From: an uncultured Chlamydiales bacterium
Lineage (GTDB): Bacteria > Chlamydiota > Chlamydiia > Chlamydiales > JAAKFR01
Length of the DNA: 64,000 bases
Direction of reading: 5' to 3'
NCBI GenBank assembly: GCA_963699155.1
Contig: OY969414.1
Location: forward strand, 709,327-773,326
The notes under the pieces were generated by a model, which was not told the DNA's origin, did no database searches, and saw only the letters and a program-made list of their open reading frames with translations. Within the stretch, counting starts at the first letter, position 1. The number at the start of each line of letters is the position of its first letter. Shown one piece after another: positions 28,651 to 38,099 of the stretch. Position numbers and translations under genes: made by a program.

Positions 28651-30067
28651 TGTATACTGCCACCGAGAACATTGGACACGGATTTGCGATATACTTAATC
28701 GCAAAACCAAGGAGATCCAACATGGAAGAAGGTGGTCAAATCAAACGATGGACCGCGGCACGTAAGATTGAAGTTGTCTTACGTCTATTAAAAGGAGAGT
28801 CCATCGATAAACTAAGTCGAGAACTCGGTGTAGAGGCTTATTTAATCGAAGAATGGCATTCAAAAGCAATTCAGGGCATGGAAGTGGGATTAAAAATGCG
28901 TTCCGAAGACCCTGTTCAACATGAATTAGACCATGCTAAGAAACGCCTGGGAGAGCTCATGATGGAAAACGAGCTCTTGCAGATAAAGGCCAACAAAGCA
29001 CCGGGTTTTCGTATGGGGAGGTCCAAGAAATGAGCGAGAAGATCTCTCCTTCAACCCATCTTAAATATGGTGTAGAATTAGTTTGTACAGTGTGGAAGTT
29101 TCCTCGCTCATCTTTCTATCATAATAGAAAGCGGCCATATAAACCTAAGGGGCTTCGAGGAAAAAAGCCGACCCTCTCAGACAATGATCTATTGGAGGCC
29201 ATCAAAAAAGACATATCCGAAAGCCACTTTCAAGGAGAAGGACATCGAAAAATACATGCTCGATTAAAACGCTTCAAGAAACTAAATATTGGGCGGAATC
29301 GAGTTTTGAAGCTAATGAGAGAGCATAAAATGCTCTCTCCGTATCGCGTTGAACAGGGAAAAGAACGCCTACATGATGGACGCATTACAACAGACCGCCC
29401 CAATGAAATGTGGGGTACAGATGCCGCTAAGATTTTCACCCTCGAAGATGGGTGGGTGTGGTTTTTCGGAGTAATTGAACATTGGAATGCTGAATGTCTA
29501 GGGTGGCATGTCACAAAGAAAGGAAGTCGATTTGCTGCAATAGAAGCCTTAAATAAGGCTGTTGAGGTTGTTTTTAGCAAAACATCCTCTAATGTGGCTC
29601 GTGGGGTCAGTTTACGAGTAGATCATGGCTCTCAATTTATGTCAGAAGGCTTTATTAACCAAACACGGTACTGGGGCATAAGTATAAGCAAGGGCTTTGT
29701 GAAGGAGCCTGAAACCAACGGGGTGATAGAAAGGTTTCACAGAACATTTAAGGAGCAGATTGTACACGGTAGGCATTATCATGGCCTAGAAGACTTTAGG
29801 AAGGCTGTAGCAGAGTTCATTAAGTCGTACAATGAACACTGGCTTTTAGAAAAGCTAGATTATCACTCCCCTCTGGAAGCCAGGGAGTTATATTCCAAAG
29901 AACACCCTTCTGAACAAATTTTATCGGCGTTAGCTGAGGTTGGAGAGGGAGCACGGCTACTTTGTTCTGGCAAGGATATGATAGCAAAAACTGAGAATTT
30001 TAGAATAATTTTAAAGCGACGGAAGAAATTTACGCAAATTTGTGTCCAAAGAAATGGTGGCGATACA
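28651..30067 (+). mobile_element. IS3-family insertion sequence (1417 bp), apparently intact
   Basis: TG...CA ends with imperfect terminal inverted repeats of about 27 bp (TGTATACTGCCACC...TTGGACAC versus the reverse complement TGTATCGCCACC...TTGGACAC). It has two overlapping transposase ORFs and is flanked by a 12-bp direct repeat gtcagcgttaga (28639-28650 and 30068-30079). Confidence 0.85.
28722..29033 (+). CDS. IS3-family transposase OrfA (HTH)
   Basis: AAGGAG RBS. The 103 aa have an HTH region (KIEVVLRLLKGESIDKLSRELGV) and a leucine-zipper-like tail. The stop overlaps the orfB ATG (ATGA). Confidence 0.85.
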   Translation: MEEGGQIKRWTAARKIEVVLRLLKGESIDKLSRELGVEAYLIEEWHSKAIQGMEVGLKMRSEDPVQHELDHAKKRLGELMMENELLQIKANKAPGFRMGRSKK

Positions 30068-30082
30068 GTCAGCGTTAGATGA
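29030..30082 (+). CDS. IS3-family transposase OrfB (DDE/rve integrase core)
   Basis: rve-type motifs (WGTDAAKI..., RVDHGSQFMS, NGVIERFHRTFKEQ). The stop codon lies 13-15 bp beyond the inferred IS end, in the duplicated target sequence. Confidence 0.9.
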   Translation: MSEKISPSTHLKYGVELVCTVWKFPRSSFYHNRKRPYKPKGLRGKKPTLSDNDLLEAIKKDISESHFQGEGHRKIHARLKRFKKLNIGRNRVLKLMREHKMLSPYRVEQGKERLHDGRITTDRPNEMWGTDAAKIFTLEDGWVWFFGVIEHWNAECLGWHVTKKGSRFAAIEALNKAVEVVFSKTSSNVARGVSLRVDHGSQFMSEGFINQTRYWGISISKGFVKEPETNGVIERFHRTFKEQIVHGRHYHGLEDFRKAVAEFIKSYNEHWLLEKLDYHSPLEARELYSKEHPSEQILSALAEVGEGARLLCSGKDMIAKTENFRIILKRRKKFTQICVQRNGGDTVSVR

Positions 30083-30451
30083 TCTTCTGCCGAGTGACCA
30101 CAAAGTACGTTTTGTTTGGGATTTTGTATGACAACTCATATCTTGGCATTGTTTTAGGTAACATAAAGTCAGCAAAGGCAAAGCAGGTCATCAAGCGACA
30201 GATCCAAAGGTTAGGATAATGAAGATGGCTTGTGGAGGATTAATCCTGCCTATAACGTGCAATTTGCCACAGAGATCACAAGTCGAGTGATTAAAGGAGT
30301 GGCTCGGTAATTGGCGCCGTTGGGAGTGGCAGCGGCCCATTGAGGGCCGCGAGCGACCTTCGGCGCCCCACCCGCGCCTGAGACCGAGGCTGCGCCAGCA
30401 GGCGAGGGTCTCAGCGACGGGCCTAATAGATCGATTTTTTCACAGCCTCGA

Positions 30452-31446
30452 AGCGCCCGTTCGAAGGCAAGAGTGGCGAGGCATTAGTCACGTAAGATGT
30501 AACCTGAGAGGCTTTCACTGTCACAGGGTTTGACCAGCACCCGAAAGTGCGGGACCGCACGGAGTGCCCGTTCGAAGGCAAGAGTGGCGAGGCATTAGTC
30601 ACGTAAGATGTAACCTGAGAGGCTTTCACTGCCACAGGGTTTGACCAGCACCCGAAAGTGCGGGACCGCACGGAGTGCCCGTTCGAAGGCAAGAGTGGCG
30701 AGGCATTAGTCACGTAAGATGTAACCTGAGAGGCTTTCACTGCCACAGGGTTTGACCAGCACCCGAAAGTGCGGGACCGCACGGAGTGCCCGTTCGAAGG
30801 CAAGAGTGGCGAGGCATTAGTCACGTAAGATGTAACCTGAGAGGCTTTCACTGCCACAGGGTTTGACCAGCACCCGAAAGTGCGGGACCGCACGGAGTGC
30901 CCGTTCGAAGGCAAGAGTGGCGAGGCATTAGTCACGTAAGATGTAACCTGAGAGGCTTTCACTGCCACAGGGTTTGACCAGCACCCGAAAGTGCGGGACC
31001 GCACGGAGTGCCCGTTCGAAGGCAAGAGTGGCGAGGCATTAGTCACGTAAGATGTAACCTGAGAGGCTTTCACTGTCACAGGGTTTGACCAGCACCCGAA
31101 AGTGCGGGACCGCACGGAGTGCCCGTTCGAAGGCAAGAGTGGCGAGGCATTAGTCACGTAAGATGTAACCTGAGAGGCTTTCACTGTCACAGGGTTTGAC
31201 CAGCACCCGAAAGTGCGGGACCGCACGGAGTGCCCGTTCGAAGGCAAGAGTGGCGAGGCATTAGTCACGTAAGATGTAACCTGAGAGGCTTTCACTGTCA
31301 CAGGGTTTGACCAGCACCCGAAAGTGCGGGACCGCACGGAGTGCCCGTTCGAAGGCAAGAGTGGCGAGGCATTAGTCACGTAAGATGTAACCTGAGAGGC
31401 TTTCACTGCCACAGGGTTTGACCAGCACCCGAAAGTGCGGGACCGC
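30452..31446 (+). repeat. Tandem array, about 9 x 111 bp (repeat family F, locus 1)
   Basis: Unit starts at 30455, 30566, 30677 ... 31343 have an exact 111-bp period. Copies are identical except for one C/T site. All three plus-strand frames contain stops. Confidence 0.95.
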
Positions 31447-31600
31447 GCCGAAGGCGCAGCCGAGTGCTGAAGCCGCGGGTAATTGATAAATTAATTCGAG
31501 AAACGTCCAAACTTCAGGTAGGCCCTACGGACCTTGGGATATCCTACATATCATGCCGCTTGCGATCTTTCATATCCTTGTTTCTTTCTTTTCTTTCCCT

Positions 31601-32035
31601 CGCTGAGACTCTCGGCTGCTGGAGCAGCCTCGGTCTCAGGCGCGGGTGGGGGGCGCCGAAGGTCGCTCGCGGCCCTCTTCGGGCCGCTGCCACTCCCAAC
31701 GGCGCCAATTGCCGAGCGGCTATCCTCAACACCCAATTCAGGAATCTTCTCTTCCATGTGCAAAGCCTCGTCTGAGAAGCCCCAGAAGGACTCAGATAGA
31801 AATAAGATGGTCAGCGTTAGATGATCTTCTGCCGAGTGACCACAAAGTACGTTTTGTTTGGGATTTTGTAGGACAAATTAAAGTCAGCTCCAAGGCTAGG
31901 ATAATAAGTAGTGGCTCGGCAATTGGCGCCGTTGGGAGTGGCAGCGGCCCGAAGAGGGCCGCGAGCGACCTTCGGCGCCCCCACCCGCGCCTGTGACCGA
32001 GGTGCAGCCGAGTGACGAAGCCGGGGCAATTAATT
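31601..32035 (+). mobile_element. Internally deleted IS1182/IS5-like element, copy B (MITE-like, about 0.43 kb)
   Basis: Inverted repeats at 31601-31717 and 31913-about 31995 match those of copy A. Between them lies only the promoter-proximal part and the first ~23 codons of the transposase (ATG 31807, MVSVRLDDLLPSDHKVRFVWDFV). Confidence 0.55.
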
Positions 32036-32060
32036 AATTTGGCAATGTCCAAACTCAGGT

Positions 32061-33233
32061 TTATAGCCTGACTAGATAGGAGACGAGGGAGATGGCGAAG
32101 GCGGCGAAGACAGGGGTGCGGCGCATGCGCATCTCGTAGAGTTTATGGAGAATGGTGAGGATCGAGAGGATGATGAGGCCGGGGCAGAGAATCTGGAGGA
32201 TTGGCGAGAGCATCTGTGCGATGCCCATGAAGCCGAGATTGGCGATCGCCATGGAGAGGCCGAGAGAGAGGAGGATGGCAACATGGATGCTTCCCTTACT
32301 CCTCATGAAATCTTTGTGGATGTACTCGGCGGAGATCACAGCGATGGGGATGGCGGTGGTCAGACAGGCCATCGACACAGCGATGCAGGAGAAGAGGGCA
32401 CCGGTTGGGCCGAGAAGGTAGCGAGAAACGACGGCAAGCCGCTCCTCGGGTTCATGAGCTTCAAGAACGGGAGTATAGAAGGAGGCGAGATAGGTCAGAC
32501 CGACATACATTGCGGCCAGAAGGGCGCCTGCGATGACACAGGCTTTGACCATTTTCTTAAAGACCTGGCGCTTCGATTCGGCTGTGGGTTCTCCTTTCTG
32601 ATCAGAGATAAAATAGGAGAGTACAAGGGGGGCAAAGATGAAGGAAGCAATCAGATCGAGCGTGTTATAGCCCACATTTAAGCCATAGAAGAAAGAGTCT
32701 TTGTTGCTGATGTCAACGGTTACTTGAGCGGGTGGATTGATAAAACCTGTTATCAAAATCGATCCTAAAGCAATCAAGAGAAGGGGACAGAGATAAAGAC
32801 CCATAATCTCTATAATTTTATGCTTTTTGACGGTGAAGAGATAGACGAGGCCGCACGCCAAGAAGCTAAAGAGGGCCAATGAGATAAATTCGGGCATGTA
32901 AGGTTTGAGAGTGGCATGAGCCAAAGTGATCAAGCGAGGAATCGATCCAAAGGGTCCCAAGATTGCCTGAATGAGAAAAACAAGCACAATTCCCGATTTT
33001 TTGCCGGTCTGTCCGAAGAATTTCCGGTAATCTCCCTCAAAGAGCATGATGGCCAATAAGCCCAAAAGTGGAAGACTCACACCGGTGATCAGCAGCCCGA
33101 GCATGGCGTAGAAGTTGGTATTCCCTGCATAGCCTCCAAGAATCAGCGGCCAAATGAGGTCGCCAGCACCAAAAAACATCGAAAAGAGGGCTAAGCCTGC
33201 TGCGATGACACCCTTTTGATTCTTCAGAGACAT
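32061..33233 (-). CDS. brnQ: Branched-chain amino acid transport carrier (LIVCS family)
   Basis: A 12-TM-type protein of 390 aa with the BrnQ N-terminal signature (FSMFFGAGDLIWPLILG). Confidence 0.9.
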   Translation of the reverse strand: MSLKNQKGVIAAGLALFSMFFGAGDLIWPLILGGYAGNTNFYAMLGLLITGVSLPLLGLLAIMLFEGDYRKFFGQTGKKSGIVLVFLIQAILGPFGSIPRLITLAHATLKPYMPEFISLALFSFLACGLVYLFTVKKHKIIEIMGLYLCPLLLIALGSILITGFINPPAQVTVDISNKDSFFYGLNVGYNTLDLIASFIFAPLVLSYFISDQKGEPTAESKRQVFKKMVKACVIAGALLAAMYVGLTYLASFYTPVLEAHEPEERLAVVSRYLLGPTGALFSCIAVSMACLTTAIPIAVISAEYIHKDFMRSKGSIHVAILLSLGLSMAIANLGFMGIAQMLSPILQILCPGLIILSILTILHKLYEMRMRRTPVFAAFAISLVSYLVRL

Positions 33234-33374
33234 ATCTTAATTCCTAGTTTAACTGCTAAATTTATACCTCTTTAATGAAATAAAATCAATAATTTGAATG
33301 GGTTTGAATGGATTTTATCGAAGTACTAATAGACCATGAGCGGGTAGACGCCGAGCGGGTGTCGCTGATTTTTT

Positions 33375-34337
33375 TTAATAAACATCGCGCTGGTAGCGGC
33401 CCTCATTTTTGAGGGCTTTGATGAAGGCTTTGGCGGCGTCGGGGGAGAGGCTACCCTCCTTTTCGGCGATGGTGTGGAGAGTTTTATCGACATCTTTTGC
33501 CATGCGGGAGGCGTCGCCGCAGACGTAGAGGTAGGCCCCCTCTTGGATCCAGGCCCAGAGGTCACGAGCTTGCTGGAGCATCAGGTGTTGGACATAGACC
33601 TTTTCGGCTTGGTCGCGCGAGAAGGCACAGTCGAGGCGCAGCTTGCCTTGGGTAATAAGCTCTTCCCAGTAGGACTGGTAGAGAAAATCGGTCTGACGGT
33701 AACGCTCTCCGAAGAAGAGCCAGTTTTTGGGAGAGCCATTTTGGGCAATCCGCTCCTGGAGAAAGCCGCGGAAGGGGGCGACACCTGTGCCAGGACCAAT
33801 CATGATGATCGGCAGATCATGAGAGCTGGGCAGGGAAAAGTGGCGTGCGGGTTTGTGGAAGATAGAGACTCTCTCCCCTACAGAGAGGCGTTTACAGAGG
33901 AAGTGGGTGCAGAGCCCATCGATTAAACCAACGGTGAGATGTGCTTCAGCTCCTACAACCTGCATCGAAGAGGCGATGGAGTAAAAGCGGGGGAGAAGCG
34001 GAGAGAGGCTTTTGCAGTAGGCATGGAGGGTGGAAGGAGGCTCTTTGGGCTCGCGTGCTAAATTGGCATGCTGCTTGAGAAAGAGACCTAAGGAATATAG
34101 AGTTCCCTGACGGTCTTCAATCATTTCGCTTCCGTGAGCATTCCATCTCGCTAAAACAGTCACTACCTCGGAAGGCTCATTTTCAGGATAGATGCCCAAG
34201 CAATCGCCCACTGAGTAGGCAATGTCAGAACCCTCAAGACTCAGAACAAGATGGTAGGTCTCTTTTTCAGAGCCCGTGTTGAGCCTGTAGCGTTCTTTGA
34301 CGGTGGCACGTACACTGTTAACAAAATTTTTGTTCAT
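33375..34337 (-). CDS. FNR-like FAD/NADPH oxidoreductase (CysJ C-terminal-domain type, no flavodoxin domain)
   Basis: RFYSIASS (FAD-binding RxYS), GPGTGVAPFRGFLQER (NADPH site), and YVCGD...Y at the C-terminus. 320 aa. Confidence 0.85.
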   Translation of the reverse strand: MNKNFVNSVRATVKERYRLNTGSEKETYHLVLSLEGSDIAYSVGDCLGIYPENEPSEVVTVLARWNAHGSEMIEDRQGTLYSLGLFLKQHANLAREPKEPPSTLHAYCKSLSPLLPRFYSIASSMQVVGAEAHLTVGLIDGLCTHFLCKRLSVGERVSIFHKPARHFSLPSSHDLPIIMIGPGTGVAPFRGFLQERIAQNGSPKNWLFFGERYRQTDFLYQSYWEELITQGKLRLDCAFSRDQAEKVYVQHLMLQQARDLWAWIQEGAYLYVCGDASRMAKDVDKTLHTIAEKEGSLSPDAAKAFIKALKNEGRYQRDVY

Positions 34338-34474
34338 TTGGGCTGACGCGAAAACTCCCGCGATTTAACGATTGCAACCGACCCAATATTAAGTCAATAT
34401 GGGGTCGGTTGCAATCGTTAAATCCCGGGGTTTTGGCGCAGCCGAAATGGCAAAAATTTTACTAACAGTGTACT
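34311..34474. repeat. 164-bp imperfect palindrome (arms of about 80 bp, 5-nt centre)
   Basis: The left arm 34311-34390 and the reverse complement of the right arm 34396-34474 match at roughly 68 of 80 positions by eye. The centre is aagtc. The left arm includes the first 27 nt of the cysJ-like CDS. Confidence 0.9.
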
Positions 34475-34518
34475 AAGTATCCCTCTTTTTGCACTTCTCC
34501 AAAGTAGGTTTGGCAGCG

Positions 34519-34842
34519 TTAAGCTGCTTTAATTTTAATGTCGACGCCCGCTGGGAGAGCGAGGGTTTTCAGCGCGTCGATCGTTTTTCCGGTTGGATCG
34601 AGGATATCGATCAATCTCTTGTGAGTGCGGATTTCAAACTGCTCGCGCGATTTACGGTCGACGTGTGGAGAACGGAGAACCGTATAGATCTCCCTCTTTG
34701 TGGGGAGTGGAATGGGGCCGACTACGCGTGCTCCAGTCCTTTTGGCTGTTTCGACAATATCTGCCGTAGAGCGGTCCAACTGTCTCTGATCAAAACCTTT
34801 GAGCCGGATACGGATTTTTTGTTTTTGCTGCTTTGCTGACAT
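34519..34842 (-). CDS. rpsJ: 30S ribosomal protein S10
   Basis: [15 protein letters not shown]...GPIPLPTK...RSPHVDKKSREQFE-type sequence, 107 aa. Confidence 0.95.
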   Translation of the reverse strand: MSAKQQKQKIRIRLKGFDQRQLDRSTADIVETAKRTGARVVGPIPLPTKREIYTVLRSPHVDRKSREQFEIRTHKRLIDILDPTGKTIDALKTLALPAGVDIKIKAA

Positions 34843-34853
34843 AACTATCTATC

Positions 34854-36944
<2,091 letters not shown>

Positions 36945-36961
36945 ATCATTCTTCCTTCATC

Positions 36962-37435
36962 TTACCATTTATAATGCGCGAACGCTTTATTGGCTTCAGC
37001 CATACGGTGAGTATCATCTTTTTTCTTGATGGTGGCTCCCTGGTTGTTATAGCAGTCGAAAAGTTCAGCCGTGAGGCCATCTTGCATGTTACGGCCCACT
37101 TTTGCACGGGAATTGAGGATGATCCAACGCATGGCGAGCGCCACTCTTCGATCTGATGGAATTTCGACAGGCACCTGATAGGTCGCACCCCCGATGCGGC
37201 GCGATTTCACTTCTAAAGCAGGCTTCGCATTTTCTAAAGCCTGTTCAAAAGCGTCCAAAGGGTTTTCTGCGTTGATTTTTTTAGCAAAAGTTTCGATGGC
37301 TCCATAGACGATCTGGCGTGCCGTAGATTTTTTGCCATGCATCATCACTTTATTGATGAATTTTTGCAGGGTCGTACTTCCATATAAGGGATCGGGTTCA
37401 ATCCGCTGTTTTTCAGCACGGCGTCTTCGTGACAT
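36962..37435 (-). CDS. rpsG: 30S ribosomal protein S7
   Basis: MSRRRRAEKQRIEPDPLYGS...GKKSTA...AHYKW, 157 aa. Confidence 0.95.
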   Translation of the reverse strand: MSRRRRAEKQRIEPDPLYGSTTLQKFINKVMMHGKKSTARQIVYGAIETFAKKINAENPLDAFEQALENAKPALEVKSRRIGGATYQVPVEIPSDRRVALAMRWIILNSRAKVGRNMQDGLTAELFDCYNNQGATIKKKDDTHRMAEANKAFAHYKW

Positions 37436-37562
37436 ATCTTAAATCCTTATTCAATTTAATTTATCTTGAGGAGAGCTGTTCTTCACCTGCCCCAAGGCGA
37501 AATGCCCCGGAGGCCGCGCGAAAGCTGTCTTTCAATTGCTCCCACCACATTTGGCGAGGCTG

Positions 37563-37635
37563 CTCGCTACCAAAATTGGAGGTAGCGAGGACAAGACAGA
37601 TTTCGAACTAGGAATCACAAAAAATGATTCCTAGT
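37563..37635 (-). promoter_or_regulatory. Two strong hairpins in the unusually long rpsL-rpsG spacer
   Basis: The first is actaggaatca-N7-tgattcctagt (37608-37635, 11-bp stem, immediately after the rpsL stop). The second is ctcgctacc-N9-ggtagcgag (37563-37589, 9-bp stem). Confidence 0.4.
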
Positions 37636-37636
37636 G

Positions 37637-38008
37637 TTACTTCGGTTTCTTTGCTCCGTACAGCGATCTTCCTTGCTTGCGGTCTTTTACAGCCGCAGTA
37701 TCCAAAGTCCCTCGAACGATGTGATAGCGCACACCGGGTAGGTCCTTGACACGTCCTCCGCGCACGAGCACGATGCTGTGCTCTTGAAGGTTGTGGCCCT
37801 CGCCGCCAATATAGGCGATGATTTCCTGACCATTAGAGAGCTTTACCCAGGCTACTTTACGCAACGCAGAGTTGGGCTTCTTCGGGGTTTTCGTTTTCAC
37901 TTGCAAGCAGACGCCCCGTCTTTGTGGACATCTCTGCAGAGCTGGTGACTTGTTTCGGCGGACCTTTTTTCCTCGGCCCTTACGAATCAACTGGTTAATC
38001 GTAGGCAT
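37637..38008 (-). CDS. rpsL: 30S ribosomal protein S12
   Basis: [12 protein letters not shown]...[11 protein letters not shown]...[14 protein letters not shown], 123 aa. Confidence 0.95.
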   Translation of the reverse strand: MPTINQLIRKGRGKKVRRNKSPALQRCPQRRGVCLQVKTKTPKKPNSALRKVAWVKLSNGQEIIAYIGGEGHNLQEHSIVLVRGGRVKDLPGVRYHIVRGTLDTAAVKDRKQGRSLYGAKKPK

Positions 38009-38099
38009 GTTCCATTTGGCCTTTTTTCAAAGTTATAGAAAGCGAATAGAAAATATAGGAGAGTGGTGCATTGAATGCAAATAGATTGTGAGAGAATTG

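Larger units (their letters stand above)
28431..30416 (+). mobile_element. Internally deleted IS1182/IS5-like element, copy A, interrupted by the IS3-family element
   Basis: Long GC-rich inverted repeats at 28431-28506 and 30301-30416. Inside is a transposase N-terminal remnant MVSVR(L)DDLLPSDHKVRFVWDFV (DUF772-type motif), split by the IS3 insertion. Further transposase fragments follow (GKAGHQATDPKV, INPAYNVQFATEITSRVI). Confidence 0.55.

Noticed and set aside
28396..28698. A 100-aa ORF upstream of the IS3 element, and the longer 28650 start for OrfA.
   Set aside because: The first ORF runs through the left inverted repeat and the promoter region of the degenerate IS1182-like element. OrfA has a good RBS (AAGGAG) before the Met at 28722, whereas the 28650 start lies at the IS boundary.
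30423..31412. A 329-aa minus-strand ORF made of 37-aa repeats (VKASQVTSYVTNASPLLPSNGHSVRSRTFGCWSNPVT), which could be read as a repeat protein.
   Set aside because: The ORF stays open only because the 111-bp period is divisible by 3 and one unit happens to lack a stop in that frame. The related 112-bp units at 46996-47454 and the solitary unit at 61704-61805 do not keep this frame open (TAA shortly after the conserved core). There is no convincing RBS or start context, and the array is embedded in mobile-element debris.
30452..31446. CRISPR array interpretation of the regular repeats (also for 46996-47454).
   Set aside because: The units abut head to tail with no unique spacers. The period (111-112 bp) and unit length do not fit repeat-spacer architecture, and no cas genes are present in the window.
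31464..32052. Cluster of short overlapping ORFs on both strands (for example 31464-31775, 31534-31824, 31646-31996, 31792-32052), rich in Arg/Ala/Pro/Gly.
   Set aside because: They lie in the GC-rich long inverted repeats of the degenerate IS1182/IS5-like element and mirror each other on both strands. The composition is a by-product of the repeat. The only recognisable coding remnant is the transposase N-terminus starting at 31807.
36946..37188. An 80-aa minus-strand ORF overlapping rpsG, and a 60-aa plus-strand ORF in the rpsL-rpsG spacer (37429-37611).
   Set aside because: The first is out of frame within S7. The second coincides with the hairpin-rich spacer and has no start context, so the region is better explained as structured RNA.
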